From Eledone cirrhosa (taxonomy: Eukaryota), in NCBI GenBank assembly GCA_964016885.1, contig OZ024758.1, positions 24,366,001 to 24,430,000 on the forward strand: a DNA stretch of 64,000 bases, in the 5' to 3' direction. A program made the translations under genes and the position numbers. Under the pieces are notes generated by a model. It made no database searches and was not told the origin of the DNA. It worked only from the letters and a program-made list of their open reading frames with translations. Shown here in pieces: positions 12,501 to 27,500 of the stretch (position 1 is its first letter; each line of letters starts with the position of its first letter).

Positions 12501-15500
12501 ATTAAATCCCAGAGAAAAACAGTTGACACACTTGTGTGTATGTGTAAGAGATATTTATAATAATAATAATAATAATAATGAAATTATTGTGTACAGTGCT
12601 CAGGTGCACTACAACTCATCAAAGGTGCATGTATAGTACATAGAATAATATACAAATGTCAGTGAAGTGAATAGTGTATGAGTCATGATATACATGTGTG
12701 TTTGTGTATGGAGGGGGAACATTAGGTGTAGTGTTGGCGAATCTCAGGGAGCATGGAGGTTTTAAAGGATGCAGTGTCTTGACAGCTAACAACTGATGCA
12801 GGTAGTTTGTTCCATGGAGGTTTTAAAGGATGCAGTGTCTCGACAGCTAACAACTGATGCAGGTAGTTTGTTCCATGGAGGTTTTAAAGGATGCAGTGTC
12901 TTGACAGCTAACAACTGATGCAGGTAGTTTGTTCCATGGAGGTTTTAAAGGATGCAGTGTCTCGACAGCTAACAACTGATGCAGGTAGTTTGTTCCATGG
13001 AGGTTTTAAAGGATGCAGTGTCTCGACAGCTAACAATTGATGCAGGTAGTTTGTTCCATGGAGGTTTTAAAGGATGCAGTGTCTCGACAGCTAACAACTG
13101 ATGCAGGGAGTTTGTTCCATGCTTCAGCAACTCTGAGCGTGAATAAATGTTTCCGAAAGTCATGGGAACTGTGCTGTTTTCTGACTTTGTGGGCATGTCC
13201 ACGTGTGTTAGACACATGGAAATCAAAAAGGTACTCAGGGTTGTTGTTGGCAAGATGGTTAATAATTTTGTGTATTAAATAGTTCAAATAATAAAAATTT
13301 GTTTGGAATGTTCTCAATGCAATGCATAAATAAAACTCATAATGATATAGTAAATGTAGAAAAACAATGTTTTTCATTGTGAAATAATCACTCCAAATAT
13401 TTTACACTTTAAGTACCGTATTTCCCAGCGTCGAAGAAGCTACTTTTTTCCTAAAATAAGTCAAAAATCTACCATGCGTCCTGGAGGCCAAAGGTTGTGT
13501 ATTATTTGTTTTTCAAATTTTGGGTTGTCAAAATTAGGGTGTGCCCTAATCCTCGAGGATGAAGCGTCTTCGATGCCGAGAAATACGGTTCATAAAATTT
13601 GAAGTTGGTGAAGACCGTCAAAATATTGACCCCGAATATAAGCCGATCCCCCATCCCCCTCATTTTACCATTGAGTTTTTTTTTGTCACATATTCCTCGG
13701 CTTATTTTTGAATATATACAGGAAATTAGTTGGTAGAATTCCTCATAGATTTAATATTATATGATATGAAGGTAATTTTGAAAATTTTGTAGGCTGACTA
13801 TGAAGGAGTGATGCTAGAGCTGTGAAATCTTGCATGCATTAATTTCAACTCCTCTTATTAATAACAGCATTGTTTCTTTCCAGGGACTATGTTAAAAAAT
13901 AAACCTCATTTGGTCATTCCATGAGAGTATCTTGATCAGCCTATGAACCTTTCATCCAACCCACATATTGTGCCAACATAAATTCCATTAATACATGATA
14001 ATACTTCTCTCTATGGCCTACATTATACAATATATGCTTCTGTATGGCCTACATTATAGAATATGTCTTAAACTGTAGAGTAACTAAAGTATCTAACATC
14101 TACAATTACCTGGAATATTCATTATCTTCACTTCAATTTCATCATCCAACATCTCAGAAGTTTGTTCCTCAAAAGTTTTCCATTCATTGCTCTCAGCAAA
14201 CCTGTAGTAGAAGACAATGTAAGATTAAGTTACAGAAATATACACAAATCAACACATGGATACAGTAAAGCTCCGACATCTGGCAACTGACTTGGTAGAC
14301 ACCCACTAAATTATTAACCATCTTGCCAACAACAACCCTGTGCACCTTTTTGAATTCCATGTGTCTAACACCCGTGAACATGCTTTACAAAGTCAGAAAA
14401 CTGCACAGCCCCCATGACTTTCGGAAACATTTTTTTTTTTCAAGCTCAGAGTTGCTGAAGCAGGGAACAAACTACCTGCAGCAGTTGTTAGCTGTTGAGA
14501 CACTGCATCCTTCATGCTTCCCGAAATTCGCCAACACTACAGCTGATATCCCCCCTCCATACACACGCACACATGTATATCATGACTCATACACTCTTCA
14601 CTTTCCTGACATTTGTACATTATTCTATACATGCACCTTTGATGAGTTGTAGTACACAATAATTTTCATTATTATTACTGGTCTGGGCGGTGGACTGGCA
14701 GTATCGGTAGAGGGTCGGACACCAGGGCGGTGGATTGGCAGTATCGGTAGAGGGTCGGACACCAGGGCGGTGGATTGGCAGTATCGGTAGAGGGTCGGAC
14801 ACCAGGGCGGTGGACTGGCAGTATCGGTAGGGGGTCGGACGCCATGCTTTGACGCATAGAGTTACGCCCCTTTCCATTCTGAGTTCAAATCCCGCCGAGG
14901 TTAACTTTGCCTTTCATCCTTACGGGGGGGGGGGGGGGGGTCGATAAAATAAAGTACCAGTAATGCACTGGGTAATTGCTGGCCTTGTGCCAAAAGTAGA
15001 AACAATTATTATTACTAGTCTGTTGGTAACATTCCTTAACCCTTTACATTACTCTATATATACTATTGTATTTCCATGGTAAATGCTTTATCTTCCATAA
15101 TTATCTAACATGTAGTATGCAAGGGAGAAGACTGCGTTGGTATGGCCATGTAATGCACAAGGAAGATGACTGCTGGGTGAAGAAGTGCCAAGAAATCCCG
15201 GTGGAAGGAAGACACAGTAGAGGAAGACCACGAAAAACATGGGCAAAGATAGTGAGAGCTGACCTCAGATCGCTGAAGCTCACAGAGGAGATAACAAAGG
15301 ACCGTGACGAATGGAGAGATGCTGTGCTGAAGAGGACCCATCCCACCCTTGCAAGCAAGGAAAAGTGGACATAAAATTGATAATGATGATGACTATCGAA
15401 TCTACAAGATTTTGATATTAATTTGAGAACAATACCTTAACATAAGTATGAGCAGCCGGTAACAGCCAGTTTGAACAGAAAAAGGCGAGAGAATTCTTGC

Positions 15501-18500
15501 CAGATATGGCCGGTTTAAATGCTAAATGGTTAAAGCACTAATAATAATTGTTTCTATTTTTGGCACAAGGCCAGCAATTATCCCAGTGCATTACTGGTAC
15601 TTTATTTAAAGCACCAATAATAATTGTTTCTACTTTTTGGCACAAGGCCAGCAATTACCCCAGTGTACTACTGGTACTTTATTTTATCGACCCCGTAAGG
15701 ATGAAAGGCAAAGTTAACCTCGGCGGGATTTGAACTCAGAATGGCAAGGGCCGTAACTCTATGCGTCAAAGCATGGCGTCCGACCCTCTACCGATACTGC
15801 CAATTCACTGCCCTTAAAGCACCAATAATAATGGGGGTTACTTTTGCTGAGACATTCCATAATCCTCTTATCTACCTCAGCAAAATCCTAATATTTTTCA
15901 ATCTTTTCCTGCTCTTTGTTAGTGACATTCACGTAAGTAGAAACGGCTTTGTCAACAATTAACATTCTTTTCACAATGAGTCTATACTAACTATGTTATT
16001 ATTATTATAGTTTTGTCTTTCCTTTATCAATGTATCCAGTAAGTCTCTCTGCCCCAGGTGTCGGGAAGAGACTCGGGAAGAAATGGAAACAAAACTGAAG
16101 GAAAAGGAAAAACACACAAATAATAATTGTTTCTACTTTTGGCACAATTACCCAGTACATTACTGGTACTTTATTTTATCGACCCCGTAAGGATGAAAGG
16201 CAAAGTTAACCTTAGAGGGATTTGAACACACAAATAATAATAATCATTGTTTCTATTTTAGGCACAAGGCCAGCAATTACTCAGTGCATTACTGGTACTT
16301 TATTTTATCGACCTCGTAAGGATGAAAGGCAAAGTCAACCTCGGCGGGATTTGAACTCAGATCGTAAAGGGACGTAACTATGCTGGAAAGCATGGCGTCC
16401 GATCCTCTACCGATACTGCCAATCCACCGCCCTTATAATAATCATACTTTTGGCACAAGGCCAGCAATTACCCCAATGCATTACTGGTACTTTATTTTAT
16501 CGAGCCTGTAAGGATGAAAGGCAAAGCTAACCATGGCTGGATTTGAGCTCAGAACGTAAAGGGCCGTAACACTATGCTACAAAGCATGGTGTCCGAGCCT
16601 CTACCAATACTGCCAATCCACCAAATAATAATAATAATTGTTCATACTTTTGGCACAAGGCCAGTAATTACCCCGGTACATTACTGGTACTTTATTTTAT
16701 CGACCCCGTAAGGATGAAAAGCAAAGTTAATTTCGGAGGGATTTGAACTCAGAGCATAAAGGGGCGTAACTCTATGCTGCAAAAATTGGCGTCCGTCCCT
16801 CTAATATCTCTTATACAATTGTGAAGTTTCAAATTTTATTGGGAGGTGAAAAAGGAGAAAAATATATGAATCCTGTTCTCTTCCTTAGGACCTGATGTTT
16901 AATATTTGATATAATTAATGTCATCATCATCATCACTTAACGTCTGCTTTCTCTGCTAGCAAAGGTCGCTCTAAAGAAAACTATCTTACACGGCCATATA
17001 AGCGATAAGTTAGCAAGAGTAATTTCCCCTGTTCTCATCTTGGTATGAGATCATACAATGTAATATTCTACTATTGTAAAATACATGTCATATTTTAATG
17101 TACTCTCGGGTCCCAAATAATAGGGGGAAGGGCTGGAATAAGCGTGGGGTGGACATTTGCTTAAATTCTTATAAGCGGGGTGGGGAAATCGGTAATTGTA
17201 TAGTGTACGTTCGTAAATATGGGGTTTCTTGGAATATGTGTCATGACTCGTGCACTGTTCATTTTACTGATGTTTGTGCATTGCCCTATGTACTGTACAT
17301 GCACTTTTTGATGAGTTGTGGTGCACCTGGGCACTGTACACAATATTTCATTATTATTATTATTATTATTATTATATCATGACTCATACACTGTTCATTT
17401 TCCTGACATTTGTACATTATTCTATGTACTATACATGCACCTTTGATGAGTTGTAGTGCACTTGAGCACTGTACACAATAATTTCATTATTATATAATGT
17501 TTTTTAATGTAAAATATAATTATTATTAGATTCTCCAGCTGCTGTATCAATATGAATCACTTGGTTTAAAATTTCCCAGGAGATAGATTAGCAAGATTTA
17601 ATAAGCGTGGGGTGCTTGGTTGGAAAAAATCTGAAAAATTTATAAGTGAAGGGTGGTGTGGGGGAGGGGGATTATTCAAGACCCAAGAGTAGCTACGACT
17701 AAATCAAACAGGGCTGATGTTTGATGTGACTAACCATTGCATGAATATTTTAGGATCTTACATGAATATAAATTACTGAACAGGTTTGACGATGACGATG
17801 ACGATGATGATGATGATGATGATGATGATAGGCTTTAAGTCAGTCAATAGAATACAATCATCATCATCATCACCGTTTAACATCAATCTTCCATGCTAGC
17901 ATGGGTTGGACGGGTTTGTCCTACTTGAGACAAGATTGGTCTGGAGGCCATGTCCCGCTCGTATAGGATGCTCTTCCTAACGCCAACCACATTTACAGTG
18001 TGGACTGGGAGTCTTTTTACCATGTCTCCTACACAACCACTTCATAGTGTGGACTGGGTGCTTTTTATCGTGACACCTACACAACTACTTTAGTGTGGAC
18101 TGGACGTTCTGTCGTACCAACATAACTTTACAGAGAAAGGGTGGTGTGGACGGAAGAGGGAGGATGAAGAAGGGGATGAGGGATGGGGGTGTATAATGGG
18201 TTAAGAGGTGCCTACTGACTGTAGGTTTAAGTTTGTATGTAAGGAAAGGTGGGTCTTCTGCATAGCGCCAAAGATCTGGATCAAGTGACATTGTCTTAGA
18301 GAGGTGTATATATAAATATAACTGTACCTTGATTGCTGGAACTCTGAACTCCAAACCTCATAGAGGGTTAACTTGCCACTATTTTTAAAACTGCGTACAC
18401 TGGAGCTGAAATAAAATGAGATTTTAGATTGTGAAATATTCTCATCAAAGAGGCCATTATCTTCAACCAGAAAAAAAAACAAAACAAAACAGATAAATAA

Positions 18501-21500
18501 TAGATTGGAAATAAATGAAGATTAGCTACTATAATGACTTCGTGCATCTGTATCTCAGACATCTAGACCTGTTAACCCTTTAGTATTCACATTACTCTAT
18601 AGATACTATTATATTTTCATGGTAAAGACTTTATCTCACATAATATAGAATCTATGAGATTTTGAAAGTATTGATTTTGATAACAATAACTTAACATCAG
18701 TTTGAGCGACCAGTTACAGCCAGTTTCAACAGAAAAAGGTAGAGAATTCTGGCCGGATATGGCCGGTTTGAACCTTAAAGGGTTAAGGAAGAACATATCA
18801 ATTGTTTGTTTTTGATTTGAACCATTTCTGTTTCCCATTTGAAAAGAGGGGATTAGCTCTGAAATATCATGTTCAAATATACTTGGTAAAACATTACTTT
18901 GTTTTGTTTTATTTGTCATCCTTTACACCATATATGGGCAGCGAATTCATATTGTATATCATTTTCCCCTCTTGATTCAACAGTACATATCTGTACACAT
19001 ATATGTATCTGTATATATACACACACATACACAACATATATGTGTATATATGATGGCATATGTTATTGCCTTTTCTTATTTATAGTATTTATAGCCCTTT
19101 CATTTCCTATACAGCCAGATCTGCCGTTCTTTGCCTATTCCTACCGTTTTGTTCATTATTTATATAATTAATTATGAAAACTTAATAAATAATTTAAATA
19201 AAACAACAAAAAAAAAAAGATAATAGAATCATAGCAGGTAAATATTCTTAAAACACATATCGGCCTTGTCAAGAGGCCTTGAAACTAGATGTTGATGACT
19301 TGCCAATAATATTGGCGTTGTAACCCTAATACTATTTTATAGCAAGATAAAATATGTTTTAAACTCTCCAATATGTTTAAAATATTCAAGATGTTTTCAT
19401 ATTCTGACCTGTTTGGTAACATGGATAGTTAAGGGCAGATCCGGCTGTATAGGAAATGAAAGGACTATAAATACTATAAATAAGAAAAGGAGGGGAAAAG
19501 CAAGGAGTATTAAACCAAATTATGGGAAAAGCAAGGAGTATTAAACCAAATTATTTGTTTGTACTTTTCAAGAATGTCTTCCTAATGCAGTTTCTTGTGG
19601 TACAAGACATTAAGTGTTAATAGTTGATATACACAAACATACACACCACAAAAAGACATACATATACACACATAATATACCACATAAAGCATGGAACAAA
19701 CTGCCTGCGTCAGTTGTTAGCTGCCGAGACACTGCATCCTTTAAAACCATCATGCTTCCCGAAATTCGCCAAAACTACACCTGATGTACCCCTTCCATAC
19801 ACATGCACACGTGTATATCATGACTCATGCACTGTTTATTTTCCTGACGTTTGTACATTATTCTATGTACTATACATACACTTTTTGATGTGTTGTAGTG
19901 CACCTGAGCACTGTACACAATATTTTCATTATTATTATTTTTAATTATAAATATCTTACTTTAAACAACCAGATATTTTGTGGAGGGCTTCAATATAGTT
20001 TCGCATTTTGTTTTTAAATGATTCCTTGGCATCCAATTTTATGCTGAAATTTCTCTGCAGAAGGATTATCTATCAAAAATATACAAATACACACAAAATA
20101 TGTAACAGCAAATAAATCATCAGTATTGTCAGATATTAATCTAGTAAAAATGGAAGTAACTAACGTAACATTAATATAGTAACAATGGCGGTGGATTGGC
20201 AATATTGGTAGAGGGTCGGACGCCATGCTTTGACGCATAGAGTTACGGCCCTTGCCATTCTGAGTTCAAATCCCGCTGAGGTTAACTTTGCCTTTCATCC
20301 TTACGGGGTCGATAAAATAAAGTAGCAGTAATACACTGGGTAATTGCTGGCCTTGTGCCTAACGTAGAAACAATTAATATAGTAACAATGGAAGTAACTA
20401 ACATAACATTAATATAGTAACAATAGAAGTAACTAACATAACATTAATATAGTAACAATGGAAGTAACTAACATAACATTAATATAGTAACAATAGAAGT
20501 AACTAACATAACATTAATATAGTAACAATAGAAGTAACTAACATAACATTAATATAGTAACAATGGAAGTAACTAACATAACATTAATATAGTAACAATA
20601 GAAGTAACTAACATAACATTAATATAGTAACAATGGAAGTAACTAACATAACATTAATATAGTAACAATGGAAGTAACTAACATAACATTAATATAGTAA
20701 CAATGGAAGTAACTAACATAACATTAATATAGTAACAATGGAAGTAACTAACATAACATTAATATAGTAACAATAGAAGTAACTAACATAACATTAATAT
20801 AGTAACAATAGAAGTAACTAACATAACATTAATATAGTAACAATGGAAGTAACTAACATAACATTAATATAGTAACAATGGAAGTAACTAACATAACATT
20901 AATATAGTAACAATAGAAGTAACTAACATAACATTAATATAGTAACAATAGAAGTAACTAACATAACATTAATATAGTAACAATGGAAGTAACTAACATA
21001 ACATTAATATAGTAACAATAGAAGTAACTAACATAACATTAATATAGTAACAATGGAAGTAACTAACATAACATTAATATAGTAACAATGGAAGTAACTA
21101 ACATAACATTAATATAGTAACAATAGAAGTAACTAACATAACATTAATATAGTAACAATGGAAGTAACTAACATAACATTAATATAGTAACAATAGAAGT
21201 AACTAACATAACATTAATATAGTAACAATGGAAGTAACTAACATAACATTAATATAGTAACAATGGAAGTAACTAACATAACATTAATATAGTAACAATA
21301 GAACTAACATAACATTAATATAGTAACAATGGAAGTAACTAACATAACATTAATATAGTAACAATAGAAGTAACTAACATAACATTAATATAGTAACAAT
21401 GGAAGTAACTAATGTAACATTAATATAGTAGCAATGGAAGTAACTAACATAACATTAATATAGTAACAATGGAAGTAACTAACATAACATTAATATAGTA

Positions 21501-24500
21501 ACAATGGAAGTAACTAACATAACATTAATATAGTAACAATAGAAGTAACTAACATAACATTAATATAGTAACAATGGAAGTAACTAACATAACATTAATA
21601 TAGTAACAATAGAAGTAACTAACATAACATTAATATAGTAACAATAGAAGTAACTAACATAACATTAATACAGTAACAATGGAAGTAACTAACATAACAT
21701 TAATATAGTAACAATGGAAGTAACTAATGTAACATTAATATAGTAGCAATGGAAGTAACTAACATAACATTAATATAGTAACAATAGAAGTAACTAACAT
21801 AACATTAATACAGTAACAATGGAAGTAACTAACATAACATTAATATAGTAACAATAGAAGTAACTAACATAACATTAATATAGTAACAATGGAAGTAACT
21901 AACATAACATAACATTAATATAGTAACAATAGAAGTAACTAACATAACATTAATATAGTAACAATAGAAGTAACTAACATAACATTAATACAGTAACAAT
22001 GGAAGTAACTAACATAACATTAATATAGTAACAATAGAAGTAACTAACATAACATTAATATAGTAGCAATGGAAGTAACTAACATAACATTAATATAGTA
22101 ACAATAGAAGTAACTAACATAACATTAATATAGTAACAATAGAAGTAACTAACAACATTAATATAGTAACAATGGAAGTAACTAACATAACATAACATTA
22201 ATATAGTAACAATGGAAGTAACTAACATAACATAACATTAATATAGTAACAATGGAAGTAACTAACATAACATTAATATAGTAACAATAGAAGTAACTAA
22301 CATAACATTAATATAGTAACAATGGAAGTAACTAACATAACATAACATTAATATTGTAACAATAGAAGTAACTAACATAACATTAATATAGTAACAATAG
22401 AAGTAACTAACATAACATTAATACAGTAACAATAGAAGTAACTAACATAACATTAATATAGTAACAATAGAAGTAACTAACATAACATTAATACAGTAAC
22501 AATAGAAGTAACTAACATAACATTAATACAGTAACAATAGAAGTAACTAACATAACATTAATATAGTAACAATAGAAGTAACTAACATAACATTAATACA
22601 GTAACAATAGAAGTAACTAACATAACATTAATACAGTAACAATAGAAGTAACTAACATAACATTAATATAGTAACAATAGAAGTAACTAACATAACATTA
22701 ATACAGTAACAATGGAAGTAACTAACATAACATTAATATAGTAACAATGGAAGTAACTAACATAACATTAATACAGTAACAATGGAAGTAACTAACATAA
22801 CATTAATACAGTAACAATGGAAGTAACTAACATAACATTAATACAGTAACAATGGAAGTAACTAACATAACATTAATACAGTAACAATGGAAGTAACTAA
22901 CATAACATTAATACAGTAACAATGGAAGTAACTAACATAACATTAATACAGTAACAATAGAAGTAACTAACATAACATTAATACAGTAACAATGGAAGTA
23001 ACTAACATAACATTAATACAGTAACAATGGAAGTAACTAACATAACATTAATACAGTAACAATAGAAGTAACTAACAACATTAATATAGTAACAATGGAA
23101 GTAACTAACATAACATTAATATAGTAACAATAGAAGTAACTAACAACATTAATATAGTAACAATGGAAGTAACTAACATAACATTAATATAGTAACAATG
23201 GAACTAACTAACATAACATTAATACAGTAACAATGGAACTAACTAACATAACATTAATATAGTAACAATGGAAGTAACTAACATAACATTAATATAGTAA
23301 CAATAGAAGTAACTAACAACATTAATATAGTAACAATGGAAGTAACTAACGTAACATTAATATAGTAACAATGGAACTAACTAACATAACATTAATATAG
23401 TAACAATGGAAGTAACTAACATAACATTAATATAGTAACAATAGAAGTAACTAACAACATTAATATAGTAACAATGGAAGTAACTAACATAACATTAATA
23501 TAGTAACAATGGAACTAACTAACATAACATTAATACAGTAACAATGGAACTAACTAACATAACATTAATATAGTAACAATGGAAGTAACTAACATAACAT
23601 TAATATAGTAACAATAGAAGTAACTAACAACATTAATATAGTAACAATGGAAGTAACTAACATAACATTAATATAGTAACAATGGAACTAACTAACATAA
23701 CATTAATATAGTAACAATGGAACTAACTAACATAACATTAATATAGTAACAATGGAAGTAACTAACATAACATTAATATAGTAACAATGGAAGTAACTAA
23801 TGTAACATTAATATAGTAACAATAGAAGTAACTAACATAACATTAATACAGTAACAATGGAAGTAACACAACAACACACTGATAAAGATATATATCACAT
23901 TTACAGTTGTAAATGTGGTTTGAAAGGCTTAACACTTTAGCATTTAAACCGGCTGTATCCAGCCGAATTCTCTCACCTCTTTCTGTTCAAACCAGCCGTA
24001 ACTGGCCACTCATACCAATGTTAAGGTATTGTTCTCAAAATAATATCAAAATCTCATAGATTCGATATTATGTGAGGTAAAGCCTTTACTGTGAAAATAC
24101 AATGGTATATATAGAGTAATGTAAATGTTATGTGAGATATGTGAGGTAAAGCCTTTACTGTGAAAATACAATGGTATATATAGAGTAATGTAAATGTTAT
24201 GTGAGATATGTGAGGTAAAGCCTTTACTGTGAAAATACAATAGTATATATAGAGTAATGTAAATGTTATGTGAGATATGTGAGGTAAAGCCTTTACTGTG
24301 AAAATACAATGGTATATATCGAGTAATGTAAATGTTATGTGAGATATGTGAGGTAAAGCCATTACTGTGAAAATACAATGGTATATATCGAGTAATGTAA
24401 ATGTTATGTGAGATATGTGAGGTAAAGCCTTTACTGTGAAAATACAATGGTATATATAGAGTAATGTAAATGCTAAAGGTTTAATCTAGGTTCCATAAAA

Positions 24501-27500
24501 TCAGATATTTTTCTTTCCAGCAGTTTTAACCCTTTAGTATTTACATTACTCTATATATACTATTATATTTTCATGGTAAAGGCTTTACCTCACATAATTA
24601 TCACACATAATATTGAATGTATGAGATTTTGATATTATTTATGTTGAGAACAATACCTTAACATAAGTATGAGCAACCAGTTTGAACAGAAAGAAGTGAG
24701 AGAATTCTGGCCGGATACAGCCGGTTTAAATGCTAAAGGGTTAAACCACCACAACGCAACAAACCATTTTCTGGCCATTCCACTCCACTCCCCACCCCAC
24801 CTGCTGAATCAGGGGTTAGTCTTGCAGGTTCCATGACAAGCTTCTCCATGTTGCCCTAATGTTATTCTTTTTATCACTGAATTAACATACATCTGGAACC
24901 TTTATTAGTAATCCAGGGTGTAGAAGTGAGTATAAAAAATATAAAAACATGTCCCCTACCTCACCATCATCCTGCACATCTACTTCTTCATCAACAAATC
25001 CATCAAAATTGATCTGAAATATCATTAAAAAAATATTTTTAAAATAAATAATAAAAATATCAACATTGTTTAACAAATGAAATACCATATTTCCCGGCGT
25101 CGAAGACGTTACTTTTTTCCTAAAATAAGTCTCAAAATCCACCATGTGTCCTGGAGACCAAAGGTTGTTTATTACTTTTTGGGGGGCGGTGGATTGGCAG
25201 TATCGGTAGAGGGTCGGACGCCATGCTTTGACGCATAGAGTTACGGCCCTTGCCATTCTGAGTTCAAATCCCGCCGAGGTTAACTTTGCCTTTCATCCTT
25301 ACGGGGTCGATAAAATAAAGTACCAGTAATGTACTGGGTAATTTCTAGCCTTGTGCCAATAGTAGAAACAATTATTACTTTTTTTCAAATTTTTGGTTTT
25401 CAAAATTAGGGTCCACCCTTGAGGGTGAAGCGTCTTTGGTGTCGGGAAATACAGTAATAATTAAAAAAAAACAAAAAACAATAAAGAACAAGAAAATTAC
25501 AAGAAAGGATTTCTACAATGAGGAAAAACCACATTGGATAACTTAGGGTACCTCACACAAACCTCTGGATTACTCTGACATGCCTTTTCTCAGTGTATGT
25601 CACCAGCCTAGGCTGCACATTTAGAGTAGGTACATTTAGCTATGAAATGTTTGCCATTTATACTCCCCTTTCATAAAATATAGAGGGTTGCATCTCCCTC
25701 TTAACCCTAATCTTCAACTACCATTTAACCCTTTAGCATTTAAACCGGCCTTATCCAGCCAGAATTCCATCACCTCTTTCTGTTCAAACTGGCTGTAACT
25801 GGCCACTCATACTGATGTTAAGGTATTGTTCTCAAAATAAATAATATCAAAATCTCATAGATTCGATATTATGTGAGATAATTATGAGGGGTTAATCCTT
25901 TACCATAAAAATACAATAGTAAATATAGAGTAATGTAAATGCTAAAGGGTTAAAGAAGCTGATGAGAGCCTGTCCCCAAAAGGAAAAACTGTCTTCAAAC
26001 CTTTCAACTATGTCCACCAACCAAGCAAAAGAAAAACACCCACTTCTCTTTACAAAAAGATAAGTGGGTATTTTTCCACTTATGGATATTCGGCTATTAG
26101 TTGAGTCCCCCAAGAGACTCAACTAATAGCCGAACTATCTTGCTCAGAATATTGACCGTCTGGAAACTGTTCAGAGACGTGCAACCAAACGAATACCTTC
26201 CATCAGGCATCTACCATACTCTGAGCGCCTTGCTTCCCTGGGCATGGATACATTGAAGCTCCGACGCCTGGCAACTGACTTGGTAAACACCCACAAAATT
26301 GTTAACCATCTTGCCAACAACAACCCTGAGTACCTTTTTGATTTCCATGTGTCTAACATACGTGGACATGCCCACAAAGTCAGAAAACAACACAGTTCCC
26401 ATGACTTTCGGAAACGTTTTTTCACGCTCAGAGTTGCTGAAGCATGGAACAAACTACCTGCATCAGTTGTTAGCTGTCGAGACACTGCATCCTTTAAGGC
26501 CTCCATGGAACAAACTACCTGCATCAGTTGTTAGCTGTCGAGACACTGCATCCTTTAAGGCCTCCATGGAACAAACTACTTGCATCAGTTGTTAGCTGTC
26601 GAGACACTGCATCCTTTAAGGCCTCCATGGAACAAACTACCTGCATCAGTTGTTAGCTGTCGAGACACTGCATCCTTTAAGGCCTCCATGGAACAAACTA
26701 CCTGCATCAGTTGTTAGCTGTCGAGACACTGCATCCTTTAAGGCCTCCATGGAACAAACTACCTGCATCAGTTGTTAGCTGTCGAGACACTGCATCCTTT
26801 AAGGCCTCCATGGAACAAACTACCTGCATCAGTTGTTAGCTGTCGAGACACTGCATCCTTTAAGGACTCCATGGAACAAACTACCTGCATCAGTTGTTAG
26901 CTGTCGAGACACTGCATCCTTTAAGGCCTCCATGGAACAAACTACCTGCATCAGTTGTTAGCTGTCGAGACACTGCATCCTTTAAGGCCTCCATGGAACA
27001 AACTACCTGCATCAGTTGTTAGCTGTCGAGACACTGCATCCTTTAAGGCCTCCATGGAACAAACTACCTGCATCAGTTGTTAGCTGTCGAGACACTGCAT
27101 CCTTTAAGGCCTCCATGGAACAAACTACCTGCATCAGTTGTTAGCTGTCGAGACACTGCATCCTTTAAGGACTCCATGGAACAAACTACCTGCATCAGTT
27201 GTTAGCTGTCGAGACACTGCATCCTTTAAGGCCTCCATGGAACAAACTACCTGCATCAGTTGTTAGCTGTCGAGCCACTGCATCCTTTAAAACCTCCATG
27301 GAACAAACTACGTACATCAGTTGTTAGCTGTCAAGACACTGCATCCTTTAAAACCTCCATGGAACAAACTACCTACATCAGTTGTTAGCTGTCGAGCCAC
27401 TGCATCCTTTAAGGACTCCATGCTTCCCGAGATTCGCCAACACTACACCTAATGTTCCTCCTCCATACACATACACACATGTATATCATGACTCATACAC

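Noticed and set aside
13785-13925. Conserved non-coding element shared with 35195-35335
   Set aside because: More simply two fragments of a dispersed repeat, probably mariner-like
24046-24447. 133-aa repeat protein (also ORFs at 33153-33883 and 34020-34493)
   Set aside because: Frames through 69-bp, 60-bp and RY tandem repeats
25960-26060. LVDIVERFEDS peptide as a NECAB coiled-coil exon
   Set aside because: No convincing splice sites; exon 27747-27826 supplies that motif with correct phases
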